From Escherichia coli (GTDB lineage Bacteria > Pseudomonadota > Gammaproteobacteria > Enterobacterales > Enterobacteriaceae), in the NCBI GenBank assembly GCA_029351405.1, contig GCA_029351405.1_4841.1: DNA of 64,000 nucleotides, one strand, 5' to 3'. Numbering within the stretch: the first letter of the stretch is position 1; each line of letters starts with the position of its first letter. Below are positions 27,403 to 35,355 of this stretch, in pieces. The notes under the pieces were generated by a model. The model searched no databases. It was not told where the DNA came from and worked only from the letters and a program-made list of their open reading frames with translations. The translations under genes were made by a program, and so were the position numbers.

Positions 27403-27419
27403 GATATAGTTCCTTCCTT

Positions 27420-27644
27420 TCAAAGAATGATGTGTTTGTCGATATCGGACTGCGTTGCAATCTCCCAGCGGACGATGTTCTCGGTTGTGATGAAATCACG
27501 GTTCAGGTGAGAGGCTGGCACATACACCAATGTGTTGACCATGAAGTAGCGCTGCTCATTGTTCCAGGAGTCAACATAAGCCTCAATAAGGCACACTTCG
27601 ATCACTTCGCCTTTCGGATTCTTCACAGTCTTTTTCAGATACAT
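27420..27644 (-). CDS. hypothetical protein (74 aa)
   Basis: ORF trimmed to ATG 27644 with GAGGG RBS. Confidence 0.4.
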   Translation of the reverse strand: MYLKKTVKNPKGEVIEVCLIEAYVDSWNNEQRYFMVNTLVYVPASHLNRDFITTENIVRWEIATQSDIDKHIIL

Positions 27645-27703
27645 GACACAGCCCTCGGTAGTAGACGGGGCAATAATACCTCTCACCCCGTTATTGAAAA
27701 CTG

Positions 27704-27904
27704 TTATCCTTCTTGTTCTTCCCAACCCCATTCATCTTCCCAAGACTGGCGAGGGGTCTTGCCCGCTTCGTAATCATCACGCCAGGCGTCGGCGTCGGCG
27801 GCTGAACCGCCCTGGCTTTTCGCGACTTTGCACAATACGTCGTGCCACTCACGGAAAGTGGAGTTGGCGACTGTGGTGTTTACAGAATCTTCTTTCAGGC
27901 TCAT
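27704..27904 (-). CDS. hypothetical acidic protein (66 aa)
   Basis: ATG 27904 with GAGGA RBS; Trp/Glu/Asp-rich C-terminus. Confidence 0.4.
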   Translation of the reverse strand: MSLKEDSVNTTVANSTFREWHDVLCKVAKSQGGSAADADAWRDDYEAGKTPRQSWEDEWGWEEQEG

Positions 27905-27963
27905 TGTGATTTCCTCGATTAATAGAGAGGGTAATAATACCCTCATGCAATCTTTGAAACTCT

Positions 27964-28296
27964 TTATCCAGCCAAAGTCATATTCTGGGAACCAACCCCA
28001 TCTTCACATTCTGGATGACATGAAGTGCCCAGTTTTTCATGGATCACATCCAGATGGGTAAAGATAGCGTCGATGATATCGTCTTGGTCAGACTGGACGT
28101 CAATCACCAAGCCGACCAGACCAGGCGCGGCCATTTCTTTATCTTCACCTTTCTGAGCGGTTGGGTAATCACCGTCGAGTTGGATACGGATGTTTCTGAT
28201 ATTAGTAAGGAGGTTGCACAAACGCTCTTTATGAGAACGAGCATTGACCAAGATTTGGGACACGGATTGTGTTGGTGATACGAGGTTGCTTGACAT
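27964..28296 (-). CDS. hypothetical protein (110 aa)
   Basis: ATG with AGGAG RBS; an 11-bp-stem hairpin lies immediately upstream. Confidence 0.45.
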   Translation of the reverse strand: MSSNLVSPTQSVSQILVNARSHKERLCNLLTNIRNIRIQLDGDYPTAQKGEDKEMAAPGLVGLVIDVQSDQDDIIDAIFTHLDVIHEKLGTSCHPECEDGVGSQNMTLAG

Positions 28297-28388
28297 GATT
28301 TATACTCCTGTTGTATGGTTGACCGTACAAGCATACAACAGGCAGGTGTATTGAACAACGCGGGTATTAAATCGACACGATAAAGGAA

Positions 28389-28616
28389 TTAACTCGGAAT
28401 GTGTCTAGCGATCTTCTTGTTGATGTCGTCTAGCAGAATATTCATCGTATCTTTGCAGACCTCTACAGCCAATATCGATTTGGAATTCATGAATGAGCTG
28501 AAGATACCAGATTTCAAACGCCTCAACTCCTTTTCCGCTTCTTCAATCTGTCCCATGATGTATTTCTTCGCGCCCTGTAGCTCTATAGCACGGATGTCTA
28601 TTTCTTTATCGTTCAT
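28389..28616 (-). CDS. hypothetical coiled-coil protein (75 aa)
   Basis: ATG 28616 with GGAGGTC RBS. Confidence 0.45.
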   Translation of the reverse strand: MNDKEIDIRAIELQGAKKYIMGQIEEAEKELRRLKSGIFSSFMNSKSILAVEVCKDTMNILLDDINKKIARHIPS

Positions 28617-28669
28617 GATGACCTCCAATTAGTTTGGCACATCATATAGCGAATCCACATAATGAAAAA

Positions 28670-28685
28670 CCCCGCCGAAGCGGGG
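28670..28685 (-). terminator. hairpin CCCCGC-CGAA-GCGGGG plus T-tract (after the capsid gene)
   Basis: Identical 16-nt hairpin also at 35331 and 48484. Confidence 0.6.
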
Positions 28686-28708
28686 TTTTGTAGGACCAGC
28701 CTGTTAGA

Positions 28709-30040
28709 TTAGAACAAGCCTTTGATCAGCCCTTTACGGAAGTACACGTTGCTGTCCTGGGCGATACCGTCCGCAGTCACATAGACCTGTGGATCCTGGT
28801 TCGCTGGGATCTGAACGAATGGGTTAGCACAAATCCCGTAGCGGGTCTTGAACGCCATACGTGGCGCGAAGGTGGTTTCACCCTGGGTGCGGTACATTTC
28901 CAGCGGCACATACGGCGCGAAGAAGATACCAGCATCCAGCGCGGTCGCGCCTTTGTATGCCAGGGTGATGTACTCTGCTACTGCATACGGGTCGATGTAA
29001 ACGCGCATGCCGTTAGACAGAACACCAGCGAAGGTCTGACCAGTTGGGTCAATCGCCAGCTTGGTGTTTTCCTGCAGCGCCGGAGCATAATCCAGCATGC
29101 CGGACATCGCCAGAGCGGATGCTACGTTCGGAGAGCACAGAACACGGTTGCCTTTACCACGACGGGTGTCAACACCGATGCCGTTCGCTTCAACTTCCAG
29201 CATGAAAGTCATGTACTTCCATTTTTCCAGCGCCCAACGACCGGAGATGTCAGTGGAGATGTCTACGATACCGTTGGTGCCGAATTTTTTGAAGCGTACT
29301 GCGCTGAAGTTCATGGTGCGGATAAACTCACGGTTCATCTCTGCCTGAATTTCAGTTACCATCACGTCGGACAGGATGCTGTCAACGTCTTCGCCGTGGA
29401 TCGCCATCATGTCCTGGCGCAGTTCGTGGCTGTAGTCAGCGTACAGGCCGCGAGACTTCGCAGTCACGGTTGCTTTCTGAACGGTGATACCGACACGTGC
29501 CCATGGGTTGGTGGTGGTGCCCAGCAGTTCAGCGTCGGTAGATGGCATGCCTTTACCGATGGTGGTGGTAGCAGCGCCGGAACCTTCGATCTCAGTCTGG
29601 GTAAAGCCAGATGGGTCGCCAGCCTGAGCAGTGCCGTCACCAGAATAGCCAGAATCAGCTTCCTGCATGAACAGTTCTTTACGGGACTGTGCAGTGTTGG
29701 AACCGTCTGCAACACCTTGGCGAGCACGCAGTGCGAAGATCTGACCGTCAGGACCAGACAGCGGCTGAACGCCGAAGAAGTCCATCGCGATGTTGACCGG
29801 AGCCAGACGTTTGGCCATGTCGATCAGGACTGGCTGCCATTTGCCCACAGAGGCGTTCACGGAGCCAGGAGCGTCGGATTCGCCCAGGTTTTTGGCGTTC
29901 CACTCAGCCTGGTTTTGCAGCAGACGGACGGCAACGTTTTCGGCAGAAAGCGGCTGGATGCTTTCAGATTCTTTCTGAAGAACCGGCAGCCACTGCTCGC
30001 GCATTTGTTCGGTAACAAGTTTCTTAGCCATGATGGTCAT
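28709..30040 (-). CDS. major capsid protein (T4 gp23-like)
   Basis: 443 aa; GVQPLSGPDGQIFALRA, KTRYGICANPFV and C-terminal YFRKGLIKGLF match conserved gp23 blocks; strong hairpin terminator downstream. Start may be ATG 30031. Confidence 0.9.
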   Translation of the reverse strand: MTIMAKKLVTEQMREQWLPVLQKESESIQPLSAENVAVRLLQNQAEWNAKNLGESDAPGSVNASVGKWQPVLIDMAKRLAPVNIAMDFFGVQPLSGPDGQIFALRARQGVADGSNTAQSRKELFMQEADSGYSGDGTAQAGDPSGFTQTEIEGSGAATTTIGKGMPSTDAELLGTTTNPWARVGITVQKATVTAKSRGLYADYSHELRQDMMAIHGEDVDSILSDVMVTEIQAEMNREFIRTMNFSAVRFKKFGTNGIVDISTDISGRWALEKWKYMTFMLEVEANGIGVDTRRGKGNRVLCSPNVASALAMSGMLDYAPALQENTKLAIDPTGQTFAGVLSNGMRVYIDPYAVAEYITLAYKGATALDAGIFFAPYVPLEMYRTQGETTFAPRMAFKTRYGICANPFVQIPANQDPQVYVTADGIAQDSNVYFRKGLIKGLF

Positions 30041-30122
30041 TCCTTACATTGATATTCAGTTAAGTTGAAATTACTTAGTAGTTCAAAATCAAGCCCCCTT
30101 TCGAGGGCTGTGGCTGCTAAAA

Positions 30123-30977
30123 TTAGCCGTTGATGCCGAAGCGACGATTATAGTCGGCCAACTGACGCTTGATAGATTCTTTCAGCTCTTTGTCTGTTTC
30201 GTCTTCATCGTCATTGTCATCGCCTTCTTTCTTAGGCTTTTTGCCTTCTTCGACTTTACCATCTTTGTTGTCGTCATCGCCGTCTTTACCGCCGACTTTG
30301 TCCTGGAAGTCATCGTCATCGTCATCACCTTCTTTCTTCACGGACTTACCTTCTACCAGGTTGCGGAAGGTGTGTACGCGGGAAGCGAATTCGCTTTCGG
30401 TGGTGAACTGCACAGCTTCCAGCAGATTGACAACCGTTGCTTTCTTGGTGTCGACCATACCTTCACAGACACGGGCGATCACAGAGTCACGCAGAGTCGC
30501 ATTCGCGGCTTCTTTGATTTGACGGTTTTCGCTTTCGGCAATCGCAGCACGTCGTTCTGCTTCGGTCAGGCGGGCAGTCAGCGCAGCGATCTGGCCGTTT
30601 TCGTCGGTGGCAAAGTTAATACCAGCTTCTTTCAGAACACCAGTCAGGCCAGTCAGCAGATTTTCAGCCGCTTCACGTTTGATCTGAGCATCGATTGCAG
30701 GAGCGTTCTTGTTAGCCCACTCTTCTACAACCGCGTTCAGGAAGCCATCGACTTTGGTCGCGATTTCCATCAAGTGAGACTCTTTCAGCTGAGCAATCTC
30801 AGCCTGATGAGCTTCAACCAGACGCAGGCGCTCAATGTTGGCAGCGTTTTCGGTTTCTTGAATAGCGGTCAGGCGAGCGGCTTCTACTTTAGATTCCAGC
30901 AGACCAGATACTTTATCCAGGAAGTCGGTGCTGAGGCCGTTAACACCCTCAAACAGTTTTTGCAATTCAGGTTTCAT
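30123..30977 (-). CDS. prohead scaffold protein (gp22-like)
   Basis: 284 aa, coiled-coil and extremely acidic Asp/Glu/Lys-rich C-terminus; lies between protease-like and capsid genes; late-promoter motif upstream. Confidence 0.75.
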   Translation of the reverse strand: MKPELQKLFEGVNGLSTDFLDKVSGLLESKVEAARLTAIQETENAANIERLRLVEAHQAEIAQLKESHLMEIATKVDGFLNAVVEEWANKNAPAIDAQIKREAAENLLTGLTGVLKEAGINFATDENGQIAALTARLTEAERRAAIAESENRQIKEAANATLRDSVIARVCEGMVDTKKATVVNLLEAVQFTTESEFASRVHTFRNLVEGKSVKKEGDDDDDDFQDKVGGKDGDDDNKDGKVEEGKKPKKEGDDNDDEDETDKELKESIKRQLADYNRRFGING

Positions 30978-31003
30978 GATTGTTTCCTTCTGAACGATTT
31001 TCA

Positions 31004-31011
31004 GTATTTAG
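31004..31011 (-). promoter_or_regulatory. late-promoter-like motif CTAAATAC
   Basis: About 30 nt upstream of the scaffold gene start at 30977. Confidence 0.45.
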
Positions 31012-31022
31012 TGAGGCTGAAT

Positions 31023-31691
31023 TCAGCCCAGATGTTTCAATGCGATATCGAGGCGGCGCAGGAAGTCGTCTTCTAACTGAATATTGGTTTTCACCAATGA
31101 ATCGACCACATGCCCCTTAATGTCCTTAGGAACCCAAATTCCTGAAGATTCATCAAGCTGCCATTCCACAGATTCGCTCACAGCCTTTACATAACAAACT
31201 TGTCCAGAAGGACGGTCGACTGCATCAACAGCAGTGAGCATAAAGCCGGGTTGAACGTCATCATAGCCGTTCACTGACTTGGTCTCACCAAGGCCACGTG
31301 TAGACACGGCCAGGTTGAAGTCTGCTTCAGCCAGAGCACGAATGATCTGACCTTTCGGTGTATTCAGGATCCGCGCTCGACCGATAGCGTTGGTGCCTTC
31401 CCAGCGCAAAGATTCGGTTTTGAGTGCAGCGTGTTCGATATCGGGGAAAGGATAATCCGGATGCTTGAGTTCACCGATTGCACGACGATCCTGGATATAC
31501 TCTTTGTCGTATGCTTCGACAGCAGGGATACCCACCTTTTGGAGATCGTAGTTGCGACCATTACGGTTCACCTGGTTACACATCACGAATGGACCTTCGA
31601 TGTACATGGCTTTTCCGCCAGTAGCCGTGGCCGCTTCACCAATCTGAAGGTCTTTCCCTATCGCAGTGATCTCACGCAACAGTTTCATCAT
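31023..31691 (-). CDS. prohead core protease (gp21-like)
   Basis: 222 aa, the size and position of T4 gp21 (between gp68-like and gp22-like). Confidence 0.7.
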   Translation of the reverse strand: MMKLLREITAIGKDLQIGEAATATGGKAMYIEGPFVMCNQVNRNGRNYDLQKVGIPAVEAYDKEYIQDRRAIGELKHPDYPFPDIEHAALKTESLRWEGTNAIGRARILNTPKGQIIRALAEADFNLAVSTRGLGETKSVNGYDDVQPGFMLTAVDAVDRPSGQVCYVKAVSESVEWQLDESSGIWVPKDIKGHVVDSLVKTNIQLEDDFLRRLDIALKHLG

Positions 31692-31698
31692 TCGCTCC

Positions 31699-32004
31699 TT
31701 AACTCAGTCCCATCATACGACGGAACTTCATTGCTTTTTTCTTACGACGCTCGATTTTGCGCTGGTATCCCATACCCATGCGTTTCTTGGCTCGGATCGC
31801 CTTGCGGTTGCCCAGCTTGCGAGTACGGCGCTCACTGGCGACCATCACCTCACAACGGGAACCATCCGCAGACAGTTTGAAACCAGGAGCACACTGCAGA
31901 CGGCGACGGCGTTTGCCTTTTGCGTTCACCTTGTCAATGACTTTCTGCTCATCCATGCGGGAAGCCAGGAAATCAGCGAACGTTGCAACTTCTTCGATTT
32001 CCAT
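31699..32004 (-). CDS. basic prohead core protein (gp68-like, by position)
   Basis: 101 aa, Arg/Lys-rich; AAGAGGAA RBS. Confidence 0.45.
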   Translation of the reverse strand: MEIEEVATFADFLASRMDEQKVIDKVNAKGKRRRRLQCAPGFKLSADGSRCEVMVASERRTRKLGNRKAIRAKKRMGMGYQRKIERRKKKAMKFRRMMGLS

Positions 32005-32016
32005 GATACATTCCTC

Positions 32017-32187
32017 TTACTGGTCGTCGCCGAAAGGACCCATGTCTTGGCTCAGGGAGTTCAAGACATATTCAGTGCCCTGCTGGACCAGTTCTTGGGC
32101 GCGAGCGGACAGTTCCATTTCGCATTCAGCAGTAGCGGCATCAGTATCACCAGCGATGATTGCTTTTACCAGATCGATAGCGGCCAT
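32017..32187 (-). CDS. small acidic prohead core protein (gp67-like, by position)
   Basis: ORF trimmed to ATG 32187; acidic 56-aa product between portal and gp68-like genes. Confidence 0.4.
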   Translation of the reverse strand: MAAIDLVKAIIAGDTDAATAECEMELSARAQELVQQGTEYVLNSLSQDMGPFGDDQ

Positions 32188-32224
32188 GTTCATATCCTCT
32201 AAATGTTTTCTATACTTAGTCGAA

Positions 32225-33919
32225 TTATTCTTCACCACCAGGAGGGTTAGTCGCTGGGATGACGTTAGGTCTGAATTTCAGTGGACTGACTTCCCCGCTG
32301 CCGAAGCCGCCGGACTCATCTGCCTGCACTTCAGGGTATTTGCCTTCTTTCTTCTCTTTCTCGATCTTCTCTTGCTGGTCTTTGATGTCTTCATCGGACA
32401 TACGCAGCAAATTGCGTTGAGCAAAATCGATAGAGAAGAGAGTGCCGATATATGGTTCGATCTGACCGAGAGCCGCCATACGCTGTGACAAGATTTCGTT
32501 CTCTTGTTGTTCACGGATGAAGCTGTCAGAAGTGAATTCGAACTTGACGAACGGCTTGATCTTCTCATTCCAGTCAGCCTGATCTGTAATGCCTTTCAAT
32601 ATCAGCTGGCGGCGCAGAAGTTCCAGGAAGATACCAGAAGAATAACGACGGCGCAGGCTCGCACAGAACTTGTTGAAGCGCAGTTCTTCCTGTGTGATTT
32701 CAGCAAGATTGGAACCACCGATGTTGATGGAACCTTCCTCTTGCAGGCGGCTCTTAGGGATCATCAGAGCCTCGTAGAGCTTCTCGCGGAAGTATACCAC
32801 ATGATCCATTTGACCCAGTTGATCGCCACCGCCTACGTTGGAGATCTCGGTTGCGTTCTGCCCTTCGCGACGTGGTAGCCAGTAGTCCTCAGCGATACCC
32901 ATCAAATGAGTGTTACCAGCCACCTTACCAGTGGTGCGATCATACGCCAGACGGTTCTTGAATTTGCCCATCATGGCTTGCATGTATTCTTCGGCCGACT
33001 TCTTACCCAGCGTACCCACGTCGAGATAGAACGCTCGCTTCTCAGGAGCACGTGTGATCGCATAGATTACCGTTGCATCTTCAGTTGTAACAAGGTTGTT
33101 CAGGGGACGGATAGCCGGGTTCAGCAGGCTTGGCACAACCCCATTCGCCAGAGGCTCTTCACCACTGTCCAGATACACTATGCTCTCATCATCAAACACC
33201 AGCTCTTGCTGTGACGGTTGGAAGTTCTGAGACGTACCGGACTGGCCAGTGAATTGGTTGCGGTTGTAGTTCGGGTTGTAGTAGTATTGAAGTTTTACGT
33301 CATTGATGACTTCGATACCGTCGCGCATCGCTTTTTGAACGATGTATACAGGACGGATACAGCGTGAGTCCATCATGATGAGTTTGGCGATACCCGCTTT
33401 CTTGTTCTTCGGGTCCACTACAACGTGGAATGCCTGACGGCCTTCAATATACCATTTGCGGATCTTCTGATACGCCGTGTTGTCAAAGTCAAGGAGATGC
33501 ATGATCTCTTTGAATGCGTCAGTGATCTTCTCTTTGACTTCTTCTGTGATACCATCTACCTTTTCCAGGTTGATGGTTACAGGAGTCTCTTCCTCTTCAC
33601 AAGTGACGACGTCGTTGACAATGATATCCACAGCCTTACGAATCTCAGGCTGCTGAGCCATAGACTGGTACTCTTCGACCAGCTGTTTGACGTTGAGCAA
33701 CTCATTCTCAACACCAACGAAATTGAATGTGTTCGCGCCGCCCTGGAGGATGATGGAACCATCCTGAGAATCGTCCAGCGCAACAACAGTCGCTTTTGAA
33801 AGCAACTTCTCTTCTTGGTTCGTGACCATCTTGTCGGTATCAATCGGCGCTTCTACTTTGCCGCCTCTACCGAACAGGCCGAAGAACCCATTTCCGAATG
33901 CACCATTACCGAATGCCAT
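32225..33919 (-). CDS. portal vertex protein (gp20-like)
   Basis: 564 aa, the size and position of T4 gp20 (upstream of the prohead core genes, downstream of the tube gene). Confidence 0.85.
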   Translation of the reverse strand: MAFGNGAFGNGFFGLFGRGGKVEAPIDTDKMVTNQEEKLLSKATVVALDDSQDGSIILQGGANTFNFVGVENELLNVKQLVEEYQSMAQQPEIRKAVDIIVNDVVTCEEEETPVTINLEKVDGITEEVKEKITDAFKEIMHLLDFDNTAYQKIRKWYIEGRQAFHVVVDPKNKKAGIAKLIMMDSRCIRPVYIVQKAMRDGIEVINDVKLQYYYNPNYNRNQFTGQSGTSQNFQPSQQELVFDDESIVYLDSGEEPLANGVVPSLLNPAIRPLNNLVTTEDATVIYAITRAPEKRAFYLDVGTLGKKSAEEYMQAMMGKFKNRLAYDRTTGKVAGNTHLMGIAEDYWLPRREGQNATEISNVGGGDQLGQMDHVVYFREKLYEALMIPKSRLQEEGSINIGGSNLAEITQEELRFNKFCASLRRRYSSGIFLELLRRQLILKGITDQADWNEKIKPFVKFEFTSDSFIREQQENEILSQRMAALGQIEPYIGTLFSIDFAQRNLLRMSDEDIKDQQEKIEKEKKEGKYPEVQADESGGFGSGEVSPLKFRPNVIPATNPPGGEE

Positions 33920-33984
33920 GATTAAGTCCTCAACATTTTCTTGTAATTAGTGAGGGGGAATAAGATCCCCCAGCACTGAGGACA

Positions 33985-34518
33985 TTAGAGAGACTTGTCT
34001 GAGATGGCCTGGAAGTAACGCAGGTCAACAGTGAACTGAGTATAAGAGTCCATTGCAGACATGTCCAGTTCCAGCTGACCGAGGTTCTGAGGCCAGGTGC
34101 CCTGAAGGGTCCAAGTCTTGGTGACGTTGTCATTCGCATCCAGCAGTTCCATGATTACATCACGGAAATAATCATCTGGGTTAGCAGACGCACGGTTGTT
34201 GTTGCTGCCGTTGATATACTGCTGCCAGACTTCGAATGCGTTGTACGGGGCGTTGTCCACAACGTTGATAAACGTTACAGGCAGAGCCTCGAAGCGGCGG
34301 TCACCTGGGAATGGAAGTTCACGACCACCCCATGGGACGAGTATTTCCCCGAGCTGGCCTGTTGGGGTATTTGTGGTCACCGCCAACAGCGAAACATCAC
34401 GGATAGTATCGCTTCCAGCCACGAAGGAAGGGAAGTTAACAGTCACACGCCAACGGTGTTGGCGCTGAACGCCACCCCCGCGTGACATAGCTGCTCTGAA
34501 TTCATTAACTGTAGCCAT
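33985..34518 (-). CDS. tail tube protein (gp19-like)
   Basis: 177 aa; C-terminus WTLQGTWPQNLGQLELD ... QFTVDLRYFQ matches the gp19 C-terminal block; AGGAG RBS and late-promoter motif upstream. Confidence 0.8.
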   Translation of the reverse strand: MATVNEFRAAMSRGGGVQRQHRWRVTVNFPSFVAGSDTIRDVSLLAVTTNTPTGQLGEILVPWGGRELPFPGDRRFEALPVTFINVVDNAPYNAFEVWQQYINGSNNNRASANPDDYFRDVIMELLDANDNVTKTWTLQGTWPQNLGQLELDMSAMDSYTQFTVDLRYFQAISDKSL

Positions 34519-34543
34519 GGTCGTTCTCCTCTGAATAGTGTAA

Positions 34544-34551
34544 ATATTTAG
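34544..34551 (-). promoter_or_regulatory. late-promoter-like motif CTAAATAT
   Basis: About 28 nt upstream of the tail tube start at 34518. Confidence 0.45.
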
Positions 34552-34842
34552 TTTTGAAATAAATGGGGGTTAAAATACTCCAAAGTGAAGATATTTATTA
34601 TGTCATTCCCCGATAAAAATTATTCATGCTGGGAACGATGAAACGCAATCCGGGTTTGTTGGATAACATCCGACGACCGAAACTGAATGCCGCTCTTGGG
34701 TTGATAGTAAACTCAGGAAAGAGAAATTCCTTAAACTTGGATACGATGTAGAAGGTAAAACAGAGGATATGCTGGCGATAGAAGCCGGGTTGGGGCGTAT
34801 CTGGGGGTGTGGTCTTATCCGGTATGAACAGGAAAACTAAAA

Positions 34843-34858
34843 CCCCGCCTCAGCGGGG
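34843..34858 (-). terminator. hairpin CCCCGC-CTCA-GCGGGG plus T-tract
   Basis: Downstream of the inserted 118-aa gene. Confidence 0.5.
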
Positions 34859-34865
34859 TAAACTA

Positions 34866-35222
34866 CTATTTGCGAATGCCAACCTGAGCATAATACACAT
34901 GATAATCACCGTGGGTACGGAAGCTGGTGAGGTGGAAGGTGACGAGGTGGCTCCCGAAAGCTACAACTTTGGTATCTGGGGAGCATAAATCATTAGTTAG
35001 TTCACCCAGAACCTTACCACAAAACTCCCCAACAATAGCGTTAAATCTGTCAATGTGTGGACTGGTCACCGTCATTGGACCAACATCTGCACAGTAGATC
35101 CCTTTTATCATCTTTCCCTGGCTGTCGCGTACTGGCTTTGCAGGCTGGTAAGGGTTGACGCGGCGTTTCAGGTTACAGAGGCCGATTTCTTTCAGGATAG
35201 CGTTAATTTCGGTCTTGGTCAT
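34866..35222 (-). CDS. hypothetical protein inserted between sheath and tube genes
   Basis: ORF trimmed to ATG 35222; own promoter-like element and CTATATC-ATG initiation motif; terminator hairpins on both sides. Confidence 0.5.
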   Translation of the reverse strand: MTKTEINAILKEIGLCNLKRRVNPYQPAKPVRDSQGKMIKGIYCADVGPMTVTSPHIDRFNAIVGEFCGKVLGELTNDLCSPDTKVVAFGSHLVTFHLTSFRTHGDYHVYYAQVGIRK

Positions 35223-35269
35223 GATATAGATCCTTCGTTTCAAGTTGGTGTCGTACTGCTTATGTTTAG

Positions 35270-35298
35270 AATTATACGTGAGTTATTGAAGAAGTAAA
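35270..35298 (-). promoter_or_regulatory. promoter-like element (CTTTAC-17 nt-TATAAT)
   Basis: Minus-strand CTTTACTTCTTCAATAACTCACGTATAAT upstream of the inserted 118-aa gene. Confidence 0.35.
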
Positions 35299-35330
35299 GT
35301 AATTCAATAAAATAATCTGGAAAATTTAAA

Positions 35331-35346
35331 ACCCCGCCGAAGCGGG
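35331..35346 (-). terminator. hairpin CCCCGC-CGAA-GCGGGG plus T-tract (after the sheath gene)
   Basis: Same hairpin as at 28670. Confidence 0.6.
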
Positions 35347-35355
35347 GTTTGTTTA

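Noticed and set aside
30170-30330. Low-complexity GAT/GAC-rich DNA resembling a simple repeat
   Set aside because: It encodes the Asp/Glu/Lys-rich acidic tail of the scaffold protein, a normal feature of gp22-type scaffolds, not a non-coding repeat.
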